Below the pieces are notes generated by a model. The model searched no databases. It was given only the letters and a program-made list of their open reading frames with translations, and had not been told where the DNA came from. DNA of 64,000 nt, from IMG/VR virus record IMGVR_UViG_3300045988_174992; one strand, written 5' to 3'. Positions 27,007 through 35,957 of the stretch are shown piece after piece. The translations under genes were made by a program, and so were the position numbers. Position 1 is the first letter of the stretch, and each line of letters starts with the position of its first letter. Origin of the DNA: a virus.

Positions 27007-27966
27007 TTAAATCAAAAATTCATCATTTGTTATGATAATATTTAGTTTATTTTCTTCATTTTTCTCTTCTATTTTTTCTTGTTTATCGAAGAATTCATCC
27101 ACTTCTTCAAATTTCTTACCTTGACAATCAATAGTATATCCTTTATTGAAATTAGGATCATTCTCACTTATTGTAATAGCGGCTTTCTCTATTTCCTCAG
27201 CTGATAATGTTGTCTTATCATAAAATACCAATGAAAGAGAATTGCATACGCATTTCATTATAATATTCTCATATCCAATTCCAGATCTTCCATTAGAATA
27301 TCCTTCATTGAGAGTCAATTTAGAAATAAATGTTCCAAGACTTACATCATTGATAGTAAAATACTGTTTAGATAATTTCGTTATACTTTCAAAACTTCTA
27401 TCTTCAGTGATATCCATCAATTCAGTATTCCATGTATTTGGATCTGATGTATATGCAAACATACTGAATGAATATGGATAAAAAGCTAGATTGCATTTTC
27501 TTGGATACAACTTCATAGCAGCTACAGACATATTTGTATCAAATGAATAACTTTGTCTCATTTTCAGTTCTCCATTTTCATAATGCACCGCCTTTATGAA
27601 GTTGTTCTCTCCAAGTATTTTGAAATACTTTTCATTCAATACAATCTCTAAGTCTTCTATATATGATTCATTCAATGTATATTGATTAGATGTACCATAG
27701 TAAATATCATTCACTCTTTTATTGAATATATGTTCTGGTACTTTACGAAGAATACAAGGAATGTAGAATGACTTACTTGTATCTATTGCTTTTACTTCCA
27801 TAATTACTGTTACCCAGCGTTGGAACAATCTGTAATCATTATTAGTAAAAGCATAAGCAGATAAAAATTTGTCATTATCTATAATAGATTCTGGTGGAAA
27901 TCTAGAATTCTCTTGTAATCTTTCTATACCCTTATCTATGTAATATAAAACCTTACTATCTTCCAT
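27007..27966 (-). CDS. hypothetical protein (319 aa) translationally adjacent to dnaJ
   Basis: ORF starts 4 nt after the dnaJ stop. Acidic C-terminal tail. No motif recognised. Confidence 0.65.
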   Translation of the reverse strand: MEDSKVLYYIDKGIERLQENSRFPPESIIDNDKFLSAYAFTNNDYRLFQRWVTVIMEVKAIDTSKSFYIPCILRKVPEHIFNKRVNDIYYGTSNQYTLNESYIEDLEIVLNEKYFKILGENNFIKAVHYENGELKMRQSYSFDTNMSVAAMKLYPRKCNLAFYPYSFSMFAYTSDPNTWNTELMDITEDRSFESITKLSKQYFTINDVSLGTFISKLTLNEGYSNGRSGIGYENIIMKCVCNSLSLVFYDKTTLSAEEIEKAAITISENDPNFNKGYTIDCQGKKFEEVDEFFDKQEKIEEKNEENKLNIIITNDEFLI

Positions 27967-27970
27967 TATT

Positions 27971-29002
27971 CTATCCTTTATCTTTTAAACGTTCAATTGC
28001 TTTCTTTGTTTCTTTATCAAGTGTTTTAGGAAATACCGGATTGACAACCATTGTATAATCATGTCCATCAATACCCTTTCCTTTTATTCTAAGTTTCTTA
28101 CCAACTTCAGAACATTCCGGAAGATTTATTCTCATCTTCTGATTACCAGGTAAATTGATTTCAATCTTACCTCCGAGCATTACATCCTTCCAATCAATAT
28201 CTTCTTTACCTTCTACATTACCATAATCATCAATATGATATTTATTATGGTCATAAGTATGTTGTACAGTAATGTAAAGTTCACCATTTGTTCCATTTAC
28301 AGATTTAGATTCAGAACCAAGTGGACCAACATCAATTCTGATACCATCTTTCAAAAGATATTCCAACGGAATTCTTGACAAGTCAATTTCTTCACTTACT
28401 AACTTGCCAATGAAACCAGTACCAGAACAAGCTGCACACTTATGTTCTACTGTCTTACCTTTACCATTACAATAAGGACATGGATGGCTAGATTGGAAGA
28501 ACATGTTTCCTTGTCGTCTAGATTCAGTCACCATACCACTACCGTTGCAATGTGAACAAACTTTAACACCAGTACCACCTACACCATCGCAAACATTACA
28601 TCTGAAGTCTTTCAAATATGCTACTGACTTAATACCTCTAAAATAGAAATCAGAAATATCAACATTCAATTTTCCTTCGCAATTCTTACCTCTCAAATCT
28701 CTATAATCTTCAGTATGCCAAGATGGTCCACTTGACCTATCATGTCCGAAGAAATCAGCAAATGGATTGAATCCACTACCGAAACCAGGATTGTCATATT
28801 CTTGCTTCTTTTGTGGATCTGACAAAGTTTCATAAGCTTCATTAGCAGATTTTACAATCTCTTCAGCTTCTTTCTTCTCCTTATCAGATTTGTTACCCAT
28901 TCTATCTGGATGATATTTGAGCATTATTTTCTTATATGCTCTTTTGATATCATCTTCTGATGCATCTCTAGATACACCTAAAATATCATAGTAATCTTTC
29001 AT
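27971..29002 (-). CDS. dnaJ: DnaJ (Hsp40) co-chaperone, type I
   Basis: J domain DYYDILGVSRDASEDDIKRAYKKIMLKYHPDR. Four CxxCxGxG zinc-finger repeats (CNVCDGVG, CSHCNGSG, CPYCNGKG, CAACSGTG). C-terminal substrate-binding region present. Confidence 0.9.
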   Translation of the reverse strand: MKDYYDILGVSRDASEDDIKRAYKKIMLKYHPDRMGNKSDKEKKEAEEIVKSANEAYETLSDPQKKQEYDNPGFGSGFNPFADFFGHDRSSGPSWHTEDYRDLRGKNCEGKLNVDISDFYFRGIKSVAYLKDFRCNVCDGVGGTGVKVCSHCNGSGMVTESRRQGNMFFQSSHPCPYCNGKGKTVEHKCAACSGTGFIGKLVSEEIDLSRIPLEYLLKDGIRIDVGPLGSESKSVNGTNGELYITVQHTYDHNKYHIDDYGNVEGKEDIDWKDVMLGGKIEINLPGNQKMRINLPECSEVGKKLRIKGKGIDGHDYTMVVNPVFPKTLDKETKKAIERLKDKG

Positions 29003-29025
29003 GTTATTTATTATCTATTCTTTGA

Positions 29026-29062
29026 CATGTTAAATATAGAAAATGGTCGATCAAATTTCATT
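29026..29062 (-). promoter_or_regulatory. promoter variant upstream of dnaJ (-33 box ATGAAAT instead of TTTGAAAT)
   Basis: Minus strand reads TTAATGAAATTTGATCGACCATTTTCTATATTTAACATG, 26 nt before the dnaJ ATG. The spacer arm CGACCATT pairs with AATGGTCG. Confidence 0.45.
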
Positions 29063-29102
29063 AATTCAACCGACCATTCAAATTGTTATTGATATAAATT
29101 AT

Positions 29103-31058
29103 TTATGCATCTTCAACTACAGCATCTTCTACTTTTACATCATCTGATTTTTCTTCTTTCTTATCATTGTCATGATTTGACGCATTCTCTTCCTTTGCAT
29201 TTCCTTCCTGTGTCTCTGTCTTATCAGTACCATCTTGGCTCTTTTGCTTATCGGCATAGAATTTCTCAACTATTGGGTTCCAAACTTCTTCCAACTCTTT
29301 CTTAGCTTCCATGATCTTATCATGGTCTTTGTCCTTCAATACAACAACTGATTCCAATGCATCAAGTTTTTCTTGTGCTTTAGCTCTATCCTCATCTGAT
29401 GTAGCTTTGACAAAATCTTCATTGACAATCATCTCTTTTGTATTGAACATGTAACGTTCTGCATCATTGATGTCATTAGTTTCTTTTGTCTTCTTTTCAT
29501 CAGCTTCCTTGAACTTCTCAGCATCTTCCTTGATTGCTTTGATTTCCTCATCAGTAAGTGTATTGTTACTGATTGTAATGTGCTGTTCTTTATTAGTACC
29601 AAGATCCTTAGCAGTAACAGTAACGATACCATTTGCATCAATATCAAAGCAAACTTCAATCTGTGGTACCCCAGCTTTTGCCATAGGAATTCCATCCAAT
29701 CTGAATCTACCAATAGACTTATTACCAGAAGCAATCTTACGTTCACCTTGCAATACATTTACCTCAACCATAGGTTGGTTATCAATAGATGTGGTGAATA
29801 CTTGCTTCTTCTGACATGGAATTGTTGTATTTGCTTCAACAATAGGTGCCATCATATCTCCCTTAGTTTCAATACCTAATGACAATGGAGTAACATCAAG
29901 AAGCAACAAATCACCAGTAGAATTACCAGCAAGAATATCAGCTTGCTTAGCAGCACCTAATGCAACTGCTTCATCTGGATTTACAGATTGATTCAATGGC
30001 TTATTGAATTCCTTCTTCAATGCCTCTTGCAATGATGGAATACGAGTTGTACCACCTACAAGTAAGATACAATCAATATCATCATACTTCTTACCAGCTT
30101 TCTCAACAGCAACCTTTGCTTTTTCAACTGTGCGATCATTCAAATTCTTTACAAGAGATTCAAACTTAGCACGAGAAAGTGTCATAGCAAGATTCAATGG
30201 TGCACCATCTTTCATAGAAATATATGGAAGATTAATCTCTGTCTGTGTTGAACTTGACAATTCAATCTTTGCTTTTTCTGCAGATTCTACTACACGAGCA
30301 TAAGCCATATTATCCTTTGTCAAATCAACATCATCTGACTTCTTAAATTCATCAACTACCCACTTTACAATAGCATCATCATAGTCTTTACCTCCAAGAT
30401 ATACATCACCATTTGATGCAAGTACTTCAGCCATACCATCTGACAACTCAAGGACAGAAACATCAACAGTACCAGTACCTGAATCCACTACTACAACAGT
30501 CTTGTCTTTCTTGTCTTCCATCAAGTTAGCTGCCAATGCTGCTGATGTTGGTTCATTAATCACACGAAGTACATTCAATCCAGCAAGCTCACCAGCTGTC
30601 TTAGTTGCTGTACGAGCAGCATCACCAAACCAAGCTGGTACTGTAATTACTGCATCTTTGATTTCCTCACCAACAAAATCTTCAGCAATTTTTTTCATCT
30701 TACCAACAATCATAGATGAAATCTGTTCTGGAGAATATTCCTTATCATCAATCTTAACATAAGGCTTACCAGACTTATTTACAATATCATAAGTTGCAAG
30801 CTTTTGCATCTTCTTTACATTTTCATCATTGAAATCAGCACCCATCAAACGCTTTACAAAACTGATAGTGTTCTTTGGATTTGTTACCATTGCACGCTTT
30901 GCGGCATTACCAATCTTCACTTCATCCTTTGTAATCTGTACTACAGATGGTGTTGTTCTTGTTCCTTCTTCATTTACTACTACAACTGGTTTACCTGCCT
31001 CAATTACTGCTACACACGACATACCCGTGCCTAGATCTAGGCCTAAAACTTTACTCAT
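29103..31058 (-). CDS. dnaK: DnaK (Hsp70) chaperone
   Basis: 651 aa. GLDLGTGMSCVAV, DAVITVPAWF, VIDSGTGTVDVS-type and LVGGTTRIPS motifs. A substrate-binding domain and acidic C-terminus are present. Confidence 0.95.
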   Translation of the reverse strand: MSKVLGLDLGTGMSCVAVIEAGKPVVVVNEEGTRTTPSVVQITKDEVKIGNAAKRAMVTNPKNTISFVKRLMGADFNDENVKKMQKLATYDIVNKSGKPYVKIDDKEYSPEQISSMIVGKMKKIAEDFVGEEIKDAVITVPAWFGDAARTATKTAGELAGLNVLRVINEPTSAALAANLMEDKKDKTVVVVDSGTGTVDVSVLELSDGMAEVLASNGDVYLGGKDYDDAIVKWVVDEFKKSDDVDLTKDNMAYARVVESAEKAKIELSSSTQTEINLPYISMKDGAPLNLAMTLSRAKFESLVKNLNDRTVEKAKVAVEKAGKKYDDIDCILLVGGTTRIPSLQEALKKEFNKPLNQSVNPDEAVALGAAKQADILAGNSTGDLLLLDVTPLSLGIETKGDMMAPIVEANTTIPCQKKQVFTTSIDNQPMVEVNVLQGERKIASGNKSIGRFRLDGIPMAKAGVPQIEVCFDIDANGIVTVTAKDLGTNKEQHITISNNTLTDEEIKAIKEDAEKFKEADEKKTKETNDINDAERYMFNTKEMIVNEDFVKATSDEDRAKAQEKLDALESVVVLKDKDHDKIMEAKKELEEVWNPIVEKFYADKQKSQDGTDKTETQEGNAKEENASNHDNDKKEEKSDDVKVEDAVVEDA

Positions 31059-31095
31059 TTTAAATTTAATCTTATATATGTTTTTGTTTATCTAA

Positions 31096-31130
31096 TTAAT
31101 ATATAGAAAAAAGTGTGCCAGAATTTCATG
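31096..31130 (-). promoter_or_regulatory. promoter variant upstream of dnaK (-33 box ATGAAAT)
   Basis: Minus strand reads ATCATGAAATTCTGGCACACTTTTTTCTATATATTAA, about 40 nt before the dnaK ATG. It shares ATGAAATT...TTTTCTATAT with the dnaJ promoter. Confidence 0.45.
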
Positions 31131-31173
31131 ATTACAAAATTCTGACACATTGTCATATATTCCTGCCAAAATG

Positions 31174-31455
31174 TCACTCTGACACTTCAATCTTATTGAC
31201 AAAATAATTTGCCGTCAACGTAAACTTAACAATCACTTTAGTATCACCAATATCTAATGAAATCATCCACGGTGCAAATTCAACATCTAATTTATCAGGT
31301 CCATCAACCTTCTTTACATCAAACTTACCACCAGTAACATCGGTTACTTTCTCAATAAGAGATTTGACACTACCAATCTTACAATTCAACAATGCTTGTC
31401 CTAAAAGAACTTCAACAATACGCGAAGCTCCACTCTGTTTCTTTAATTGTTTCAT
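31174..31455 (-). CDS. hypothetical protein (93 aa)
   Basis: ORF downstream of element copy B. Confidence 0.55.
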   Translation of the reverse strand: MKQLKKQSGASRIVEVLLGQALLNCKIGSVKSLIEKVTDVTGGKFDVKKVDGPDKLDVEFAPWMISLDIGDTKVIVKFTLTANYFVNKIEVSE

Positions 31456-31497
31456 AAAAATTCATATTTTAAAGTTTTACTGATATATGATATAATA

Positions 31498-31565
31498 TTC
31501 ACCAGGATGGCGGCTGGGATTGACAGGGAGCGGAAAAATATACTTCAGTATATTCTATCAGCCTA
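31498..31565 (+). repeat. GC-rich conserved intergenic element, copy B
   Basis: TTCACCAGGATGGCGGCTGGGATTGACAGGGAGCGGAAAAATATACTTCAGTATATT aligns with copies A and C. It contains the AT hairpin AATATAC-TTCA-GTATATT. Confidence 0.5.
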
Positions 31566-31856
31566 AGACTTTTTAGTTGTTCCTGGTGACTTTTTTGTAT
31601 TCTTATTTTTTCTTCTTGTATACATCTTCTGAAATGCATGAACTTCTTCTGGTTCTACATAATCAACTATACGATATTCATTCTTCAACTTTGCTTTTAT
31701 TCTCTTATCATTGTCTTTATAGTCTGAAATTTTCTGCTCAAGAAAAGCTTTATCTTCATTAGGACCTTCTGACAACATGCAAAACCATTTTGTCCATTCA
31801 ACACCAGTTCTTGTATGATACTGATATCTTGATTCAATGTTATATAACTTACTCAT
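31563..31856 (-). CDS. hypothetical basic protein (97 aa)
   Basis: ORF with a Lys-rich C-terminus. Confidence 0.55.
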   Translation of the reverse strand: MSKLYNIESRYQYHTRTGVEWTKWFCMLSEGPNEDKAFLEQKISDYKDNDKRIKAKLKNEYRIVDYVEPEEVHAFQKMYTRRKNKNTKKSPGTTKKS

Positions 31857-32082
31857 TTGTACAATCTAAGAATTTGTTACCTTTAAAACCAAACTTCTCT
31901 GAAATTTCTTCTGAAGTCATATCTTTTACTCTATTATAGAAAGTAAACCATATAGGAAGAACAAATGCAACCAAACATATTGTTGCTAAATACATATTGT
32001 CAACTATCAATATGACAATGAATGCTGATAATATAGCAAAGAAAAAATGAATTGTCAATGGATTGATATACTTATGCATCAT
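31849..32082 (-). CDS. small membrane protein (77 aa)
   Basis: Two hydrophobic segments (FFFAILSAFIVILIV, ATICLVAFVLPIWF). Confidence 0.55.
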   Translation of the reverse strand: MMHKYINPLTIHFFFAILSAFIVILIVDNMYLATICLVAFVLPIWFTFYNRVKDMTSEEISEKFGFKGNKFLDCTNE

Positions 32083-32431
32083 ATTTAGAAATTTTCTTGT
32101 TAGTATAATAAATAAGAATACACATGTTGTGAATAGCTGCTCTTAAATCAAAGCTATGCAATGAATCCGATGATGAACTGTCATCATACAAATCTAATAC
32201 ACATGATTCAACAATACAATTTGATGACTCAGCTTCATCAAAAATATTCAGCTTCTTTGATATTCTCCAGATTTTCCATTTGATATCAGATTCTGATAAT
32301 CTTGATACTGCATTCAAACAATCATTGATGTTAGGATATAAATAAAGCATCTGTCTTGCTATCCCACCAATAATCTTTTCAATATTATCATTAATCTTAG
32401 TATATATAACTTGAGGATTTGTATTTATCAT
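32072..32431 (-). CDS. hypothetical protein (119 aa)
   Basis: ORF in a co-directional array. Confidence 0.55.
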   Translation of the reverse strand: MINTNPQVIYTKINDNIEKIIGGIARQMLYLYPNINDCLNAVSRLSESDIKWKIWRISKKLNIFDEAESSNCIVESCVLDLYDDSSSSDSLHSFDLRAAIHNMCILIYYTNKKISKYDA

Positions 32432-32448
32432 GATTTTATATTGTTTAA

Positions 32449-32748
32449 TTAGTAACGAATGATTCCGCCAGCTCTTTCAATATCAAAGTTATGTAAAGCC
32501 ATCATACCTTTTATTACATTCACAATACCATCTAAAGTCTTCTTATCAAGAAGCATAGTATAGATGACATCTTTTACAGATGGCCATGCATCTCTAGTAA
32601 AATATCCATTAAGACCGTTAAAAATATCTTCTACCAACTGATCAAAATTAATAGTAACTACTTCATTGAGGTATTCCTCATTACCATAGTTATTAGCAAC
32701 TTCACTGAGAGCTTCTGCAATATGTAACTTAACGAAATCAATAATCAT
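32449..32748 (-). CDS. hypothetical protein (99 aa)
   Basis: ORF downstream of a promoter motif at 32777-32812. Confidence 0.55.
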   Translation of the reverse strand: MIIDFVKLHIAEALSEVANNYGNEEYLNEVVTINFDQLVEDIFNGLNGYFTRDAWPSVKDVIYTMLLDKKTLDGIVNVIKGMMALHNFDIERAGGIIRY

Positions 32749-32812
32749 AATTTTAATATTTAAATGTTTAACTTACGATAATAAGATAGAATAACTTTCA
32801 GAAATTTCAAAA

Positions 32813-33088
32813 TTAGCAATGTAAAACTTCTGAATATTTTACAAGAGCTTCACGATATGCAATCATCTTAGCATCAGAAAAATCTAATACAAAACCAATA
32901 AGTGTATCAATATCTTTCTGTTCCATCTTAACAATATTGTTGAGCTTAATTCGATTGCAAATAGAAATACGAAGATATTCAAGAGTGAATTCGTAAATTG
33001 CACTAGGAGAATAAGTTGAGCAGAAATTAGCATTAATCATTGCAAGTTCTGTAGCGTAATCATTCAAAGTCTTTGTCATCATAATCAT
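32813..33088 (-). CDS. hypothetical protein (91 aa)
   Basis: ORF downstream of promoter 33125-33157. Confidence 0.55.
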   Translation of the reverse strand: MIMMTKTLNDYATELAMINANFCSTYSPSAIYEFTLEYLRISICNRIKLNNIVKMEQKDIDTLIGFVLDFSDAKMIAYREALVKYSEVLHC

Positions 33089-33124
33089 AAAATTTTAAAA
33101 ATTAAACTTCTTGTTTTGAACAGA

Positions 33125-33157
33125 TTTAATATAGAACAAACCCAGGAAATTTCAAAA
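33125..33157 (-). promoter_or_regulatory. host-type promoter
   Basis: Minus strand reads TTTTGAAATTTCCTGGGTTTGTTCTATATTAAATCTG. Confidence 0.55.
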
Positions 33158-33184
33158 CAAATGCAAAAAAAGTGAATGACTTTG

Positions 33185-33397
33185 TCATTCACTTGGTATC
33201 AATCCTAATACTTCAAATGTAGGTTTTACACCAGTACCAAGATATTTGTCATATATGTATTTTTCACAATCTTCAAGCTTATCTGTCCATTTTACCCATC
33301 CATATTCATTTCTATCACAGAAATCCCACCAATGAAAAAACAAGAACTTTTTTTCTTTTCTGTACTGCATATTCTTTAATAAGATATGTAGTATCAT
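33185..33397 (-). CDS. hypothetical protein (70 aa; may be the 3-prime part of a frameshifted gene)
   Basis: Overlaps the preceding ORF (33315..33527) in another frame across an A7 run (33348-33354). Confidence 0.4.
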   Translation of the reverse strand: MILHILLKNMQYRKEKKFLFFHWWDFCDRNEYGWVKWTDKLEDCEKYIYDKYLGTGVKPTFEVLGLIPSE

Positions 33398-33527
33398 TGT
33401 AAGTATAATGCTTGAATATTTTTCTTACTACTATACGATATTTTTGTTTCAGTATAGCATCATTTACTGCAGATATGAATTCTCTCTTTTCTGCTTGATC
33501 TAACTTACTTAAATCACCAATCGTCAT
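33315..33527 (-). CDS. hypothetical protein (70 aa from ATG 33527)
   Basis: ATG at 33527 (MTIGDLSKLDQ...) overlaps the upstream stop by 14 nt. The longer track ORF runs inside the upstream gene. Confidence 0.45.
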   Translation of the reverse strand: MTIGDLSKLDQAEKREFISAVNDAILKQKYRIVVRKIFKHYTYNDTTYLIKEYAVQKRKKVLVFSLVGFL

Positions 33528-33804
33528 CACTATCATACAATGGGTTATCATAAAAACCAGAATCAGAATAGCTATCAGCATCACTGTCTTCATCATACTC
33601 TGTACAATCAAACCATCCATCTTCTGGCAAATCATTTTCATCAATTACTTCTTCACCATTAGCATAATTCAAATAGCCATTTCGATCTGTTGTCACATAA
33701 TCTCCATTTTCTTGCCATTCTTCAGTTGTATATCTGTTGCCTTTGTTGATGTAAGACTCTTGCAACATTTCTTCTTTAGTCATCAAATCAATTTTCACTT
33801 CCAT
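33514..33804 (-). CDS. highly acidic hypothetical protein (96 aa)
   Basis: Asp/Glu/Tyr-rich ORF (…DEDSDADSYSDSGFYDNPLYDSDDDW). Confidence 0.55.
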   Translation of the reverse strand: MEVKIDLMTKEEMLQESYINKGNRYTTEEWQENGDYVTTDRNGYLNYANGEEVIDENDLPEDGWFDCTEYDEDSDADSYSDSGFYDNPLYDSDDDW

Positions 33805-33883
33805 TAAAATTATATACTTAGATTAAAAATAAGGTTAAATAGTTTCATGAACAATAAAGCAATAATGATTCCAATTGTAAATT

Positions 33884-34057
33884 CTAGTAATATATAATAC
33901 TCCATATATCAAACAAATTATATCTTAATATTACATAAATCATTACATAGATAAAAGAGAATCCTAAGATAAATTTTTCTTGGTACTTTTCTGGTACTGC
34001 AAAGCTTGCAAATACAGCTATTACAGTACCAATCATCATACATAGAATTTCTTTCAT
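33884..34057 (-). CDS. small membrane protein (57 aa), not in ORF track
   Basis: Hand translation gives MKEILCMMIGTVIAVFASFAVPEKYQEKFILGFSFIYVMIYVILRYNLFDIWSIIYY. It starts 7 nt after the upstream stop. Confidence 0.4.
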   Translation of the reverse strand: MKEILCMMIGTVIAVFASFAVPEKYQEKFILGFSFIYVMIYVILRYNLFDIWSIIYY

Positions 34058-34064
34058 ACAACAT

Positions 34065-34745
34065 TTACTTTTCTACAAGATTGTCAACCATCATTGCTTT
34101 ACCTAGCATAGTATCACCACCAGAAAGTACAGCAGCATCATTATTGATGTTATGCTCAATATTCTGTAGTGCACTAACTGCATCCTTATGTGAATAATAG
34201 ATATTGTTTGTATTGTTTCTGTACAAGTCAGCAACAGGATTCATCCAATAATATGTGCAAGATACCTGACCTTTTGAATTCAAAAACCAATACTTTCTTG
34301 TATTGCAAACAATATCATCTGTATTGACAATCTCCATCTTTCCAGTATTCACATCTCTCACTCCCATTTCTTGGATGAACCTCAAAGGAGCTTTTCCATA
34401 TCCTTTTCGTGGAATAACCACAGTTGGTTCTTTGATAATTTCAACAACACGATTCTTTGTTGGATTGCTGGCTGATACTTCCTTTGCCTTATCTTTATTA
34501 TTTGACAATACAACTAAATCACCTTTAGAATAATTAGACATGTTGAAATTAGTAATTGTCTTCTCAAATAGGCCAATCTTAGCAAGGTCCTCAAAATTAA
34601 TATCCTTAAGACAATCCTTTCTGGTAACACCATATTGATTTGACAAAAATACAATACCATTCACCACATAAACTCTATCATTAACATTAAGCTTAATCAA
34701 TGGATTTGCCTTAACATACTTGTATACATAAACTTGATTCATCAT
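34065..34745 (-). CDS. hypothetical protein (226 aa)
   Basis: ORF in a co-directional array. Confidence 0.65.
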   Translation of the reverse strand: MMNQVYVYKYVKANPLIKLNVNDRVYVVNGIVFLSNQYGVTRKDCLKDINFEDLAKIGLFEKTITNFNMSNYSKGDLVVLSNNKDKAKEVSASNPTKNRVVEIIKEPTVVIPRKGYGKAPLRFIQEMGVRDVNTGKMEIVNTDDIVCNTRKYWFLNSKGQVSCTYYWMNPVADLYRNNTNNIYYSHKDAVSALQNIEHNINNDAAVLSGGDTMLGKAMMVDNLVEK

Positions 34746-34761
34746 AATTTTATAATCTTAT

Positions 34762-34995
34762 TTAATTCATGAAATAATAATTCAATACAACATCTCTTGA
34801 GTCCTTCAAGATTTCACTATTTCTGTCACCATGGACAACATAAATTCTCTTATTAGTAAAACCAACAACAGTACCATGTTCAAGGCATTTTCTAGATTCA
34901 CCTGGATCACAAAATACAACTTTATCACCATATTTCAAAGTTGTTCCAAGAAAATCTGTCAAGTTGGTTAAATTCTCTTTATTGTGCTCTTTCAT
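34762..34995 (-). CDS. hypothetical protein (77 aa from ATG 34995)
   Basis: MKEHNKENL... start chosen for minimal (17-nt) overlap with the upstream gene. An alternative ATG lies at 35040. Confidence 0.5.
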   Translation of the reverse strand: MKEHNKENLTNLTDFLGTTLKYGDKVVFCDPGESRKCLEHGTVVGFTNKRIYVVHGDRNSEILKDSRDVVLNYYFMN

Positions 34996-35224
34996 AAGTC
35001 TTATCAAAAATATCAGGTTTGCATGGATAAAACTCACCATTTACACCCTTGATAATATAATCATTGATAGATGCTTCCATATCACCTTCTAATGTGTGAA
35101 TTACAAGAGTAGTTCCTTTGTTTTCAACAAGTCTACCCATAAAATTGTCAATCTCAGACAAATTCTTACCATTCCATTGAATTGCCTCAATAATAACTGG
35201 CTTCTTTCTATATTTCATAATCAT
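34979..35224 (-). CDS. hypothetical protein (81 aa)
   Basis: ORF. The N-terminus [15 protein letters not shown] is typical of small conserved phage proteins of unknown function. Confidence 0.55.
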   Translation of the reverse strand: MIMKYRKKPVIIEAIQWNGKNLSEIDNFMGRLVENKGTTLVIHTLEGDMEASINDYIIKGVNGEFYPCKPDIFDKTYERAQ

Positions 35225-35243
35225 TTGCTTTTATTTATATATT

Positions 35244-35663
35244 TTAGAAATCTAACATTGGGTATGCATCATCTTCAATAATGAAGACTCCAGCACCATT
35301 TTCTCCATAGCTAAGATATGTTTTTGGTATACCGAACTTATCTTTGAGATAATTGATAAATTCATTCTTAAGTTTAAGACCAGAAATAAAATTTCTTTCA
35401 TTAGCTGGAGTATGTAATGGACTTCCACCAATCAAATTTAGTGTTGTCCAATTAGAAATTTGCATTGAATAACCAGTTGGATTAACCAAATACTTATTCT
35501 GTACAACTTTATTGATGAACTCTTCTCTAGTTCCATTGAACTTGAAGATACCTCCACCTTTATGAGATGTTACAGAAACTGGTGCTTCATGCAAATCACC
35601 TCTCTTCATATATCTTGTTGTTGAATTGTAAGTCTTTGCTGTATAAATGTAAACTGTAATCAT
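35244..35663 (-). CDS. hypothetical protein (139 aa from ATG 35663)
   Basis: The track ORF begins at a TTG inside the promoter motif. The first ATG after the -7 box is 35663 (MITVYIYTAK...). Confidence 0.6.
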   Translation of the reverse strand: MITVYIYTAKTYNSTTRYMKRGDLHEAPVSVTSHKGGGIFKFNGTREEFINKVVQNKYLVNPTGYSMQISNWTTLNLIGGSPLHTPANERNFISGLKLKNEFINYLKDKFGIPKTYLSYGENGAGVFIIEDDAYPMLDF

Positions 35664-35682
35664 AATTTTTATATTTATTTGA

Positions 35683-35719
35683 CATGAATAATATAGAAAA
35701 AGTGCATAAAATTTCAAAA
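35683..35719 (-). promoter_or_regulatory. host-type promoter
   Basis: Minus strand reads TTTTGAAATTTTATGCACTTTTTCTATATTATTCATG, 19 nt before the ATG at 35663. Confidence 0.6.
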
Positions 35720-35749
35720 CAAGTTCAAAATTTCATGCACTTTTTAAAA

Positions 35750-35953
35750 TTATCCGTTAAGTTTAATTGTTGTCAAATCATCCCATTCTATAATACCAGC
35801 ATTTACTAAGTCATCTATCAATAGCTTGTTGATTTTCCATCCAGTTCGCATTCCAATTTCAGAAACATCTAAACTATCAGGATATCTCTCTTTACAAAGC
35901 TCTACTATCAATTGCTTTTGTGCTTCTACAGCTTCTTTTCCTCTATTATTCAT
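35750..35953 (-). CDS. small hypothetical protein (67 aa), possible winged-helix DNA binder
   Basis: Composition and length are compatible with a wHTH fold. No strict motif recognised. Confidence 0.45.
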   Translation of the reverse strand: MNNRGKEAVEAQKQLIVELCKERYPDSLDVSEIGMRTGWKINKLLIDDLVNAGIIEWDDLTTIKLNG

Positions 35954-35957
35954 GATT

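Noticed and set aside
29105-31095. There are many 60-115-aa ORFs antisense to or overlapping dnaK. Similar shadow ORFs lie inside the primase-helicase, nrdD, RNA ligase and fibre genes.
   Set aside because: They lie entirely within strongly supported genes and have low-complexity, hydrophobic or Ser-rich translations typical of antisense frames in AT-rich DNA. They lack the promoter motif.
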